DNA from: Raillietiella orientalis
Lineage: Eukaryota
Assembly (NCBI GenBank): GCA_036172245.1
Contig: JAYWIR010000015.1
Coordinates: 310,001 to 374,000 of the forward strand
DNA: 64,000 bases
Reading direction: 5' to 3'
Under the pieces are notes generated by a model, which saw only the letters and a list, made by a program, of their open reading frames with translations, had not been told where the DNA came from and did not search any database. Positions within the stretch are counted from its first letter, which is position 1. Every line of letters starts with the position of its first letter. Shown piece by piece: positions 26,600 through 39,049 of this stretch. A program made the position numbers and the translations under genes.

Positions 26600-27960
26600 T
26601 CGATTTTTGCCATCAGCCCTCGATTTCGGAAGAAAATCAACGTTGTCAGTCAGCATCCACCCTCGCGGTACGGATGATTCGTTCCTGCTGCCCATCCAGG
26701 AATTTTACCTACGGTTGTGGGAGCATCGTGAAGATCATTCTCGTTCCTGGTTCTGCCTTCCGCTGCTGTCTTTTTCCTCCTTTCTTTTCTGCTGACTGGT
26801 TTCCCTCTAGAAAAGCGGAACCAATTGGAAGCTCCGGATGCGTCAATGGGAAATGAGGTTTAGTAAGAGAGGACGACCGCGTTAGAGAGCGTTTGATCAG
26901 TGCAGCTTCGATGACAGGAAGACTGAATTCCAGAAGACTGTTTTTGCCACGATCCGCCAGGGTACCTAAGCGAGAAGCTCGTTGCTCTCGTTTTCTGGGA
27001 TCTCTCTCGCGGCGATGGAAGGTCAACTTGTTGCCACGAGCGGGCAGGCAAAGGATGATACGATTGCCCTTTAATTCATTATGGCTACTTGTGTCCTCTC
27101 GGGTGGCTGAACATTGAGTTTGCCACCACACTGAGACTCTGTAACATCTCTTCCTTAAGGTACTCTGGTGTTTGCACAGCATTTTTGATGGGAATATGAC
27201 CGTCTGCTGAGACTGGAGTAGGGAATAAGTAGGGCGGTAAGAGAACCGTTTGGTTCTCATTGAAAGAAACGCTCTAGTGTTCAAAGCTTTCTAGCACCAC
27301 TGAAATCTGCGCGACATTACCAAGGACGTGCGTCATCCCCATTGTGGTGTCTGATTCAAAGGATCTGTCATAGCATTCAACCTTCCTTCCCATCCTCTTG
27401 GAATATGAGACACAGTTCTTTCTTGACCAAAGAAACAAGGAGGACTCCTCTCTGCGGAGTCTTCTCTCTTCGATCCATCATCTCACCAGATCTTCCGAGT
27501 GGACCTTTTGCGCGGTGTTTTTGACAGCACGGTAAACAAGAGCACTTGTGAAAAACCTGTGTATGGCTTTCTAGTGGTTCACTCCGTGAAAACAGATGCT
27601 GCAAGTCTTTTATTCTTTTTTGCTTTAAAAGTCCGGTAGTAATCTAATTTTTTTCTTCATCTTTCGGTTCCGCTCTTTTTCTGGTTCCTCGAATGTTCAA
27701 GAACCGTTACTTTGCCCCGCAGGTCTACCACCGAGCGGTTCGACAACGCTGCCGCCACAGGAGGCTCTTCCACTGTCTCGCACCTGAGGTGCCCGCGGAG
27801 CGGGGGAGGAGACCAACCACTCTCACCATTCCTGGAAGCGAACTCTCCAAAGGGTCCCCGGCCCGGTCCCCGGCTGGTTAACGAGGCATTCGGCCGCGGA
27901 CGCCAGAGCTCCCCACCAATTCACGCCCCCAAGCCTGGAGCCGTCTCTGCGCCATGATGC
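26600..27960 (+). mobile_element. Decayed L1/Tx1-like RT and zf-RVT
   Basis: PRGTDDSFLLPIQEFYLRLWEH (PG.DG.P.EFY..W), KLVALVFWDLSRG (AL.FLD.EKA) at about 26975, and CPRSGG/EETNH at about 27790. Confidence 0.5.
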
Positions 27961-28329
27961 AGGATGCCCACGCGAGCAAGTCCTTTTTTTAAAAAAAAAA
28001 AAAACAACCTTTGAACTGCTTCGTTTCTGCTGTTTTCCGTGGTCCAGATCAGGATACCAATCTTCAAACCCATTCAGCCTCCAAATGAATACTGAAGGAT
28101 CGGTTTGTGTCAAGGGTAGGTTCGTCTGCATTCCGACTGGATAGCCCTTGGACGAGAGTTTCGAATTCTCACTGTTGCATTCTACAAATGTCCAAAAATC
28201 CCAGGTCAGGTTTGATGGATGAGACGCTCACGCGACTGCTTTCGCTTACAAAAAAAGAAAAAAGACGAAGAACCTATGCTATTGGCGAATCATTCATACT
28301 CTCAACGCCGAAATGCCCGAAAATGGCTT

Positions 28330-28750
28330 CAGCCGCTCTCCATCCCTTCAGCCTCTCGACTCGTTTTCCCATTGTCCGCCGATCCCTTTGTGTTTGGTAA
28401 CACGGCCTTTGATTGACGGACGCTGCTCTTTCGCTTCGCTTTCCTCATGTTGCCAAAATCACTCCGAGGTAGGGGGATCGCGCGCGCGGTGCTTTGGTGA
28501 GCCCGGATTCTGGCACCGTGGCCCAGTTGGAGACCAAGCACCGCGCCTCCCCAGATCCTGAGAGAACTCCAAAGCCTAAGGAGCGGCTCCGATGTTGCGA
28601 AAGAACACTTCCGAGGAAGAACATTTCAGAGTATTCTTGGGAACCCTCGGACCGTAAGACCGTTCGGAGCATCCCACGTGCCTCTTATCGGGGAACAAGG
28701 CTGATCCGGAAAACACCGGAAATGTAGAAGTGAGACGGGAGCAGCGGAAG
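28330..28750 (-). mobile_element. RT core remnant
   Basis: FGVLSG...VSNWAT (F...SG..VN..K) followed by PYLGVIL (KYLGV). Confidence 0.35.
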
Positions 28751-29299
28751 TTTCAGCATGTGGTTCTGATGCCAGATGCAATGCGTTCCCCTAAGAACAC
28801 ATAATTTAAAAATGCATGGCGTTAGAGTGACTGTTATTTGAAAGGAGCCAAAACGATTTTTAGGGGGCTTAAAAAAAAAAAAAAAAAAACGTGATAGAAT
28901 TCGCTGCTGAGATCGGATTGGTTCCAACTTTTCAGGATCAGCACCCGAGAAGGTGAGAATCTTTGAATATCCAGCTCTAGATCTTTCTCATGTTATCGTC
29001 CGAGTCGATGAGAACTGAAACGATCGCCCTTCATTTAAATTCTCATGAAAAGACGAACGCTCTTCAAGAAGAGGCGATGGATGGAACAAAGGAAGCGTAT
29101 TGCAAAGTTTGGGCGCAGCCACCTGACTGCATCTTTTTAGTCACACCGGAGTTTTGATCCCTTCCCTCCATCCAAGCAAGTGAATTCATCGGCATAGCTG
29201 GAAGAGAACCAGATCCTCGCATCATCAGCCCAAGATAACTGCGTTCTCAAGTGTTCGAACGGTGCATCGCGCAAACAGAATGAAACACGATCTCGTATT

Positions 29300-30340
29300 T
29301 CAAACCTCAACCTCTTTCCCAAACCTCTTTCGTCTGTAGAAACTCCTCTGAGAGAGAGAATTCTACAGAAGAATCCAAAGAATTAAAACGGGAAGATGTT
29401 TTCCGAGAGTTGGTCCCACCCTGCTTTCCATGTTTACTTCTTCGAGGGCGTAGGAGGAGGAGAAAACAAATACTTTTCGGCTGAAACCACAGAAAGGAAA
29501 CCAAAAGTCCAAACTGCTCCAGATGAGCTGTTCCGTAACGTGGCTTCCAGGAAGGCTGACGTCAATACCGAGATAACACAATCAAGCTCGTCATAGATCG
29601 ACCTTTAGTGTTCGAATCACCCTGAAAAGGATTCAAAACAGTACTAGGAAGCAGTCTTGTGATGCCAAAAAGCGCAAATGCTTGAGCATGTCCATATCAG
29701 CACTACAAGAGTACTTGATAGATCATTCTGTACCATGATCTTTTACCTAGGTAAAGAATGACAAATCTGTTGGAAGCGATCTAAATACGCACAAGGCTTC
29801 AGACAACAAGCTAAAAAGAAATCTCTCCACTCCACCCGAAGTGGCTGGCATCGTATCCACCGAGGTAGTGGCACGGTTAGTTTTTTTTTTTTTTTTTTTC
29901 CCGGTACGAGGGAAAATTACAGTTGACATGATGCTGTGCAAGTCGTCGACCTGCTTGCCTCGCAAGAATTATGCAAAAGGCATGAAACTCGCGGCGCTGA
30001 TTTAAAACACCAGCGAACGCGAGCTTTTCCGCCGTTGATTTGGAACATGCAATTACAGCATCTTTGGAGGATCAGAAGCAGGCCCGTTACGGAAACAAAC
30101 GCGAACTCTTCTAGACAGCAGGGACCGCTCTGGAAGTGCCGAAGTTGCCTTGACCGCTCTGGGAGTGTGCCTGCCTGTCTCTTCGCACGAACCGAATCGG
30201 AATCTGCAATTCCAGAGAAGAATTCTCTGGGCAAAGAGCATCTCGGAGTTATCAGCTGCCAAATAAATTGCCCCGCAGTTCGAAAAAACAGTTTTCGAGA
30301 GTGTTGTCCGCTGCTACGTAATTTCGAAATTTCTGATATT
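29300..30340 (+). mobile_element. RT remnant
   Basis: FPRVGPTLLSMFTSS (W..VG..L..MF), FPPLIWNMQLQHL (LSPLLFN..LE.L) and KEHLGVI (KYLGV) occur in order. Confidence 0.35.
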
Positions 30341-33300
30341 TGATTTATAAGACGTATTAAAGGAAATCTGATCAGACTCTGAACTTTTCCTAAGTTCCTT
30401 CTCTAATTGAGTTCTTTTGGCAATAAATTCTTAAGTAAAAATCATCAATCAAGCACAGAATTGGCCATCAGTTGCATTCTCACGTTTTGTCCTCCCACGA
30501 CCGTACAAAAGACTAGGATTCCTCATAGCACACAGCTTTCCAATAATTTTTTTGTTTAATCAGTCCATATATCATCTAATCCTTAATCAATCCAATCTTC
30601 TTTGACTCAAACATCGAGAGAGTTTGCATTGCACCGCCGCACTTTGCCTTCTTCCGTTAGAAGGAGGATGGGATAGAAGGAGAATGTACGCAACCACGGA
30701 TGCTCACGTGAAATTTCTGATGCTTATTAAAATATATTACATCTCTATGAAAAAGGACGATCTTAGAGGAGTCTATGCATCATTTCCACGACACGCCCAT
30801 ATGATGGTTTCTTTCTATTAAAAGTGATTGGTATCTGTATTTATCCCCCGACTGTCGTCATTCGACCCTGCCATTACTATTGCCAGAGGAGAGAAACATG
30901 TTTATTGGGAACGCCTGTTCGGTCCATAAGCTGTCAGTAAAGGAGCGCAAACAAAAAAATTTCATCAGTTTAAATCTCAGAAGTCCTTTCTATTTCCATG
31001 TGTCAAACGATACTTCATTATAAATTCCGAGAGGCTCCGAGGCAGTTCCAGTTCTGCTCAGAGTTCTTTCGGGGCCACTCCACTTCAGTCTAACCATCGA
31101 ATAAAACAAATTATAAAAAATTACGTTTCCGACCCGTCTTGCAAGGGAAAAGCTGCAAAATTGCACCCTCCGAGCTCCGCTCCCTGCGAACTAACTGTTC
31201 GGCGTCAGCTCGGCTTTTCCGTCCAGATGCCTGGGAGATGATGGCTTTGATCCCCTTCGAAAGAAGTGGCGAAAATAATTTTCTCAAAGTTGCTCCTTCT
31301 TAATTTTCTAAAAATTGGATGCCCCCCCTCCAAAAAAAAAATAAAAAAAAAAATACTGCAAACAGCTGATTATAAGCTCTCGTGCTTTTTTTTTTATTAT
31401 TATTATCTTTTTTCCCCCCTTTTCTTAGCGAATCACAACTTTAGTTTTATTGAATATCTTCTTTGCTAATCACGTAGGGAATAAGGCCGACAACAAATGA
31501 CTGTGGGAATGGACAGCTGGAAAATCTTAGTTTTTCCTCCTGGTACTTGCATCAAAATCCCGAGATCTCCTTCCTGACTTTGCGAAGACCTCCAGTGATG
31601 CAGTCCTTCGGTTTTCTGGCTCCCGTTCACTTCACACTTTGATAAGGCTACTTTCTGGAATTGCTAGGAATACTCTCGTGCCAACAACGTGTTTCCATAT
31701 CAGACAGAAGGGTTTTCCTCATTACTTATGTTCCCTATTCATAAGGTGCGCTCAGAAAGATAGGTCTGCCTGAGGTCTGTCTTTTCTAAAATCGCCCCTG
31801 GAATGGTTCACAGCATCAGCACTCCTCATCAAAAACCGTCGAGAACTACAGGAAAGAATGAAGATCGGAAAGAAAGAGCGAAGCATCTTCTCTTAGGAGC
31901 TTCTTACGTGTTCTTCTATTATTGTAGCCAGATTAGTTTTTGATTGAATCTTGTGATGGATTTGAAATCTGGACTTACCTCGAAGCAACGTGGAGCAGGC
32001 ACGTTTGTAAATGGTCAGAGTCCGCTAGAATTGTCTTTCTACTTCTCTTCTTGTGTTTCTGTACAAGGATGTGTATTGGTAGCCTTGCTCCTGTTGGGCT
32101 TCATGTGACTCGCACTTGCCAAGACTGCCTCTTGTTTCTTTCCAAAGCAGTCATTAATCCTCGGAGAAACCTATGCACAGACTGCATTTTGAAGATCTAG
32201 TTGCGCAAAGCAAAACAGCAAAAGAGCACGATGAAAAAAGAAAGGCATCCAGCTTCCCATCCACTAAGCTGGGAAGCAGAAACGCGCCAGCCAGAATTTC
32301 TTCTGAAGTGTGCACATGAAAAAGAGGAAGCCTTGAGTTGCTGGGTAAAGAGTGTCCCAATTCGAGACGTTTGAGACCCGATCAATGATAACAGCTCCCA
32401 TGCTTAATTCGAAATTAGTGCCATTCCGCTCTTGTTTGTAGAGGAAGTGGCACGAAGAAGCTTTCCACGTGGATAACCCGATTCGGCGAATTCAAGTGGG
32501 TTCGGCTTAATAGGATTTGCCGTTTTTTTTAAAAAAAAAAAAAAAAATACGCAATGTGAGTTACGCAGCTAACATTAGGAATAAGTTTACGTCAAAGCAG
32601 TGTGTGGAGCAAAGTTTAGAGAGAGAGAGATAGCAGGAATACCTGTTAGCAAATAGCAAGCTTACAATGTGTGGATTCAGGATCCATAGACAAACAGTCT
32701 TCCGAACTTGGCATTCAAAAGAACTTTCGGGTGCCACTAGGAAATCAGTTGGAATTAATGCAAACACTCAGATCTGGAGTGAAAGCAAAGAAAGCATCCA
32801 CAGGCATGTTGTCCAGAGCACTTCTTGAGGGGGAATCGAAAATCATCGGTCGTCAGAGCGTGTTCCATCAAGTAGGAACACGAAGGCATGCTCGAACTCA
32901 GTAGTGTTTTCTTCCCGAATTTGAAAAATAGGATAGCGACGGGAAATGCAAAGAAAATAATTAGTTCAGGTACTTCAAAAAATGAGGTAAGCAAAGCGTC
33001 CTGTGATGTCTTTACCGTTGCCATCGTTTTGAGTGTGCTAAAGGGCTCTTTGACAAAAGGAACCTTAGCTCAGTGGCAAAGAAGGAACAAGACACAAACT
33101 GAAAGATGGTGTGTAGAGGAATATGCAGTGGAAGCACTCACATCGATCGATGGGTGAGTCGGGAACTACTTCAGGTAATGCGCTAGGGGACGCGAGGAAA
33201 AGTAAGGATGTTGCTTCTAGAGGTTTCGTTTCTAACTTTTTACATAGCGAATCGCATTTGATCAATGGAAGTCTACGTTTTCATTTGCGAACCCAGCAGG

Positions 33301-34399
33301 AAAGGCAAAAAAGTCCTTGGTGAGGTGCCTTGCTGTCTCTGATTAGCCTGGTGGACCTGCAAGAACATTAGCTTTAAATCAGAACCTTCCATCAGCGGAG
33401 AAAAACAACCGTTTCTCAGATATGCAGATAAACTTTGGATGTTGTCACTGTGGAAGGCATTCTGACCTTGATGGCGACCGTCATTCGCATAATCAAAATG
33501 CATTCCGATTCAATGGGCAGAACCATCATCATTCTACATGGCTTTAACCCTTACGTTTTTTCAACCCTTGGGCTCACGTTTTTCTGAAATTTTTCAGAAA
33601 ATACTGCCGGTTTGATTCATTCCTGGAAGAGTTTCTTTTTTTTTCCCGGCTGTCCCCCGAGATTCTTAAATTTTAACAGACTCGATTGCTTCCTTCCCAC
33701 TGTCTTCCGAAGACTCTCCAGTCGATCTGCATACAAGACAATAGCATTAGCTGATGATATAGTAATCCTAAAGAGCAGGACGATTGCGAATCGGATTTGA
33801 CCTTTGATCGGTACGAGAAATCACCAAGTTCATGCATCGTCCTTCAGCAAACTTGCTCGACTGAGTTGATCGCTGATGCAAAAGACTTCACTGTAAGCTA
33901 ATTCCATTTACTGCTTGATTTTTTGTTACGATTATTATCCATCCCATGCTTCAGCTTTGGTTAGAATACCTGTCAAGAGCCTCCCGTCTGCAAGTCTCCA
34001 GTTGAATACATCAGGCAGTCAGCAGCTCTCCTTTATCTTGCTCTCCTCGTTCCAGATCCTTTGGGGCTTCGCTTCCCTTGTCTCCTATCTTCATATATTT
34101 TTGGTTCATTTAATTAGCTGTTTCGAGACTCCTCATGTCTTTGCACTTGGCCCCCCAAATGAATTACCCTGGTGATTTTTCGTTGTCGTCGTTCCTTTAG
34201 CAATGATCGGGAGATTCGGGAACCCACCGGTGTCGTAGTGATACACAAAAAAAGAAGGAAAAAAATCACTGCTCTATCTCGAAGGATCATAGCAGAATCC
34301 ATTCTAAGTAGAAAAGGATTCCTTTTGCTACTGGGGATTACTCAATCAGTCGTTCCGTGAGGCTTTATCTTCGCACCAGCAAAAAATCACGATGCCATT

Positions 34400-35960
34400 T
34401 TTTTGTGCAATCTAAGGCAACAGGTGAGATGTCTCGGTGAAATTCTCTCCTAGGAATGCTAGGATTGCGATTCTCTGGTCCTTCCCGTGCTCTCCAAAGA
34501 TCGAAGTTCTCCTCACTCGTACCCCTTTGAGCTCGTTCAAGATGACGGCTTGCTCGGGCGGTGTCAAAGTGTTCACAAACGAAGTTCTGAGACTTCGAAC
34601 CTTGATCGGAGTGGTTCAGAAATTTCGCAGTTTCCTTTCGCAGTGCCTTTCAAGTGAATTCTTCAAGCAGAAGGATGCCCGAATTACTGAACACAATGAA
34701 GAATACGACCAGTGCGCCTATCTCCTCTCAAACTTTTCACATCGCTGGCATTCCTCCATCTTATCACAAGTGCAAATCTCTGCCAGTCTAAAGTTGTTCT
34801 TTCAATGCAGCAAAGAAAACATTGCAGGAGGCTCTCGAAGATAATTTATCATCGTTAGTCCCATTGACCAGTACCAAAGGTTTCGTTCAGAGGAATGCGA
34901 GAAAGGCAGGAAGTAGATCTCCCAGTTTTTACCGCTACGGATTCTTCACTTCCTTAAAAAAAATGCCTCATTTCCTTAACCAGGAAAACAAAAACACACA
35001 CGGCTCTCAGAAACTCATTATGATCATTGAATTTTAGCCGTGTTTTCTAAACATTTCGCGGGAAGGAATCCATTCTCGAGGAGGCTGGTGCTCCAGCGAG
35101 GGTGGGAATGGACAGAAGGAATGTTTTGGGCCTACAGTTCTCGCGATGGAAGTATTTTTATTGTGCTGAATCACACTCGACTTGAATCGGAGGGTCGGAT
35201 TATTTGATATTCCTCCCACCTGCCTCTCTCTCTCGTCTTCCTTGCAAATAGTCAAGTAAAATGTCAGCATAGAAAATGAAGGCCTCAACATCACGTCCAG
35301 TTCACTGAAGAACCGAATTTATTTTACAGAGGTGCTCTTTTTAGGTCTCTCAGGTCTCGAGAGAAACTTCCGGGACCATCTGAAGCGATGGTTCCATTAG
35401 GGTTTGTAAAAGGAATCGATCCAAAAAGATGGCCAAAGATCATCTCTAGCAAGGAAACGATCTCGCTGTTTATGCCTTCTCCTCGAGTGAAAAAGTGCCT
35501 TCTTGAAGGTTCGAGGCAGCATGAAATGGTAACTGCCAGATAGTTTGATCTCAGCTTCTCCGAATGACTCGACAATGCTTTTGTTGTACAGACAGTCTTC
35601 TGAGACCTCTGCATTCTGTCACAGAGACCAGAGACATTCACCCGAGAGAATAAACAGACGGCATTTTCGACACAGAAAAGGTAAGAGTGAAAATGGCTTT
35701 CAGCCGCAATGGCAGCAGATCATCAGAGTTTTTCTCGCAGTGTCCAGAACGATATGAATCAATGGCCTCAGAAGTTCGTTTCAGGCTTTTCTGTTTGAAA
35801 AGATCGCTGTGGGCAAGAGCTTTCAAGTGGTAAACGTAAACTGCATGATCTTCCTTGCTGCGCGCTATCCGTGGTGAGTACTGACAAGGCACTTCAAGGG
35901 CGTCAGAATCACTAACTCTTCGCTGATCGTGGATCACACGAATGAGCACCAACTCCTTCC
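34400..35960 (-). mobile_element. Decayed L1/Tx1-like element (ORF1 end, endonuclease, linker)
   Basis: NVSGLCDRMQRS (SLNV.GL....KR), FFTRGEGINSEIVSLL (FFS.G...S.GVAIL) and KFNDHNEFLRAV (WKFN..L.D..F) occur in order. Confidence 0.45.
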
Positions 35961-36019
35961 GTCTGCGCCCTTCATCCAGCCTGCCTTTCTTTCATAAGAG
36001 AAAGGGCGCCAGAAGGCCG

Positions 36020-36430
36020 AAATGGAAGGTCACAAGGTTGATTCACGAGAAGAAAGATTAAAGAAGACGCTCATTGCAATCAGACGCTTCACCGCTGGAC
36101 ATGAGTGGACCGATGGACCCTCAGTGCGACAGGTGAGGGAAGAAGGAGACCCTCCCGCACCAGCTGTTGGACTATGCTGTCCTCTGAACCCTTTGGGATC
36201 GCCTAGCATAGACCCTAGGATCCCCAGTGGACGGTCCTAGGGACATTTTCAGACGCCTCTTCGTGCGTGTCTCACTTTTGACAGCCGCGATCCTCGCAGT
36301 TTGCTCATTGAAACGGATGCAGGTACCTCAAGCCATCAGAGACGTACGGATTCAAGTCGTCACTGAATTTCAGTCATCGATCGCGAATCGAACATACAAG
36401 TCAGTTCCGTGTGATCGTTGCACCCGTGAT
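36020..36430 (+). mobile_element. 3' zf-RVT fragment of L1/Tx1-like element (paralogous to 38200-38450)
   Basis: QCDR*GKKETLPHQLLDYAVL*TLWDRL. Clear nucleotide similarity to 38230-38420 (shared ggagaccctcccgcacc, ctaggatcccc, catttcagacgc-like segments). Confidence 0.7.
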
Positions 36431-37130
36431 TCCTCTTGGGGCTTCCCGAGAAGTCATTCGAAAGCAGAGCGACGGCAATCGCACACTCTGAAAGGTCCAA
36501 CGAATCGCTTACCAAATGGGCCCGCCTTCCTAATGGCAAGATTCTCTTGTTTGCATTCGCTTTTGCGGTCCACTTAAAAGGAGGAAGACTTCCTGGAAGT
36601 CAACAGTCCGCGTACGCAATAGATGTGTACACAAACCGCGAACCTGAGTGACCTTGAAGTTTCCAAAGCGGTCGATTAAAAGTTCTTGTTTTACGCATCT
36701 TGAGCTGCTGGTTAACACCTCTCTGGGCCGAGCTGGGTCGGTTGAGGTAACGGAAAACCAGTCTACGAGAAGCCCTATGTTGTCCATCGTCTGCAAAGAG
36801 ATGCTTGGTTTCCGGCTCATTCCTTCTTGATCTGGTACTTCATTTCTTTTACTGGTGCTTCGGGGAACGAATGCTCTTACAGAAATTTTACATGATTTTT
36901 GGATTCTTGGTTGATTTTCATAGGTTTTTGGAAGACCCGCATCGGCTCACACGGTGCCATGCATTGCGGGTTCGAACCCCCAATTGGAGGATCGACACCG
37001 GAGAAATGGGTGGGGAGTGGGTTTCGACTCCTGTCTCCTCTCCCAGGATGACGCTGGTTGGCCTTATAGGCTTCGTGTGAGACACTAGTTGACACCCGGT
37101 CACTCCGGGGCGTTTGTTTCTAAAAATAAA
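36430..37130 (+). mobile_element. Probable DIRS-type tyrosine-recombinase C-terminal remnant with 3' terminal region
   Basis: AYAIDVYTNR (V.AL..Y..RT), LVNTSLGRAG, EVTENQSTRSPMLSIV (AHSTR...S.A) and LLDLVLHFFYWCFGERMLLQKFY (I..IL.AA.W.S..TF.KFY) in order across frameshifts. Ends at aaaataaa 37123-37130. Confidence 0.5.
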
Positions 37131-37199
37131 CGTCTGTGGAAGGACGTTTGATCCCGCTACGTTACTTATGAATACGAGAAGGAACCTGCCGGGATCTGG

Positions 37200-37450
37200 T
37201 ACGCAGGCCAGTGGGATTCGCCTCGGCAGCACGGGAGAAGGGGAGACAAAAAAAGGAAAACATTAACCAAAAAAAAATACAGTCAAAAAATGGGGGGGAG
37301 GGGAAGGGGGAGGGAAGAGATCACCGTGTGCTGGAGGGCGTCCTCTGCATCCTTGTAGGGATGCGTGCAAGTTCCTGTTTCAAGACTCCCAAATGGGGCC
37401 ATCTTGACGTTATCTTCATGAAGAGGACAGCAAAATAGATATCGTCCATG
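37200..37450 (-). mobile_element. Extreme 3' end of L1/Tx1-like element
   Basis: VLFMKITSRWPHLGVLKQELARI aligns with IFLKIASR*PHLDDIRTEVASI (38545-38610, +). On the - strand it is followed by a pyrimidine/T-rich tail. Confidence 0.6.
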
Positions 37451-37499
37451 TCATTCCCGCCTCCTGGTGCGACACTAGTGGAAGCCGGATGCCACCGTT

Positions 37500-38720
37500 G
37501 ACTGTCCGGAATTGGGAGTCGACCCTCCAGGGTTCTTCCAGAAATCAAGAAGCCTGTTCCCTTAGTAGTTCCCCTCCGGTTGAGAAAGGGGAGCTGTTCT
37601 CCTCCCCCCTTTCGGAAGGTAGGGATCCTCCATCGCGTACCATGGAGCTGGCTGGTACCTCTCCAGAGTGTCAAGAAACGCGCTGCTCCCTTCGAGGAGG
37701 GACACTTCGGGGAAATTTGCAAGCGACGCTTCTCTCTGGAGAAAAAATTCTAGGATCGCATACTTCCTGAGTTTCTTTTGGAGAAGAATTGAGGTGTGAC
37801 CCCTCTGAAAGATCCCTCCAGAAAGAACAAGGAAGAGGTGATTCCCTTCGGAGTTTTCTTCGGAGACAGCCAGGGTGAGGGTTCTCTTCGGAGTTTCCCA
37901 ACAAATGGCTTCCTCCGGAGCCTTCCAGTGTTAAAGAGCTACGTGAGTCCTCCTTCCTAACCCTAAGGAGGTGCAACACTTCCTCAGCACTTTGCGAACC
38001 AAAAAAGAAAGCTGGAAGGAAAGCAGCGAAAGCAGAAGAACCCAAAAGGATTATTGTCACATAGCATCCCGAGTGTCCCACCCCGAGGACTTGTACTCTG
38101 GGAAGAGCTGCTCGGCATCACTCCGGAGGATGTGAAGCGGCCCCTAGCGTGCTGGAGCAGTGGCATCCTCCTCCTGGAGTAGCAGGAGTTGGCGTTGCTT
38201 TTGGCGCATGGAGGAATCTCATGCAAAGCGCGTCTTCACCACTGGACACGGGAGATATGGTGGGCGCTCAGTGAGACAGGTGCGGGAAGGAGACCCTCCC
38301 GCACCTGCTGTTGGACCGTGCTGCCGTCCGACCCCTTCGGGATCGCCTCGTGGCGAACCTAGGATCCCCGGCAGGAGGTCCCAGGAGCATTTCAGACGCT
38401 TCTTTGTGCATGCCGCACTGCTGGCATACAGCAATGCGGCAGTCCACCTGGTCGCAGTCCTCTGCTGTGTTCGCGGGATCACGACGAAGAGGAACGCCAG
38501 GAGAGGAGGGCGAAATGTCAGGGACGCCATCCACCGGGCGCAGATCTTTCTGAAGATCGCCTCGAGATAGCCCCACCTGGACGATATACGAACGGAAGTT
38601 GCCAGCATCCTTAGGTGCACCCGAATGTCCAAGGGACGAACCGACGCCTGCTTCCCTCCTTGGAGAGATGCTGCCAGCCGGTTGGAAGCTGTTTTCCTCC
38701 AGCGGCGTCTCGGGAAGAGG
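37500..38720 (+). mobile_element. Best-preserved L1/Tx1-like ORF2 C-terminal fragment
   Basis: GILHRVPWSWLVP, PPRGLVLWEELLG, QELALLLAHGGISCKARLHHW, *DRCGKETLPHLLLDRAAVRPLRDRL (zf-RVT), then AQIFLKIASR*PHL. Confidence 0.7.
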
Positions 38721-39049
38721 CCCGCCACTTTCTGGATGAGGAAACGAAGGGCGGAAAGCGCTCGTCCCTCCTTCTCTCGGAGCAGCGGGAAGAAAGGCGA
38801 GCAGAGGGACGGGGAGGAGGGGAGCTAACCGAATCGTTTCTTTGCCGACATGCATTCTTCGGGCACCGCTGCTCTCGATGCAGTTCGTTCGTCTTTACGA
38901 TCCGGACGCGGTGCCCGGTCAAGAGCTAGACACACCGCCCATCGAAGGCAACCACCTAAGTTTCCTTTCGAGATCTCTCACCCGACGCTTTTTTTCTTCT
39001 TCCTTCTCGAGAGTGTGAACCGGGGGGGGGAGTAAGGGGGGAGAGAGTG

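Noticed and set aside
36940..37000. tRNA gene around GGTTCGAACCC
   Set aside because: No A-box, D-arm, anticodon arm or acceptor stem. Kept only as a low-interest structural note.
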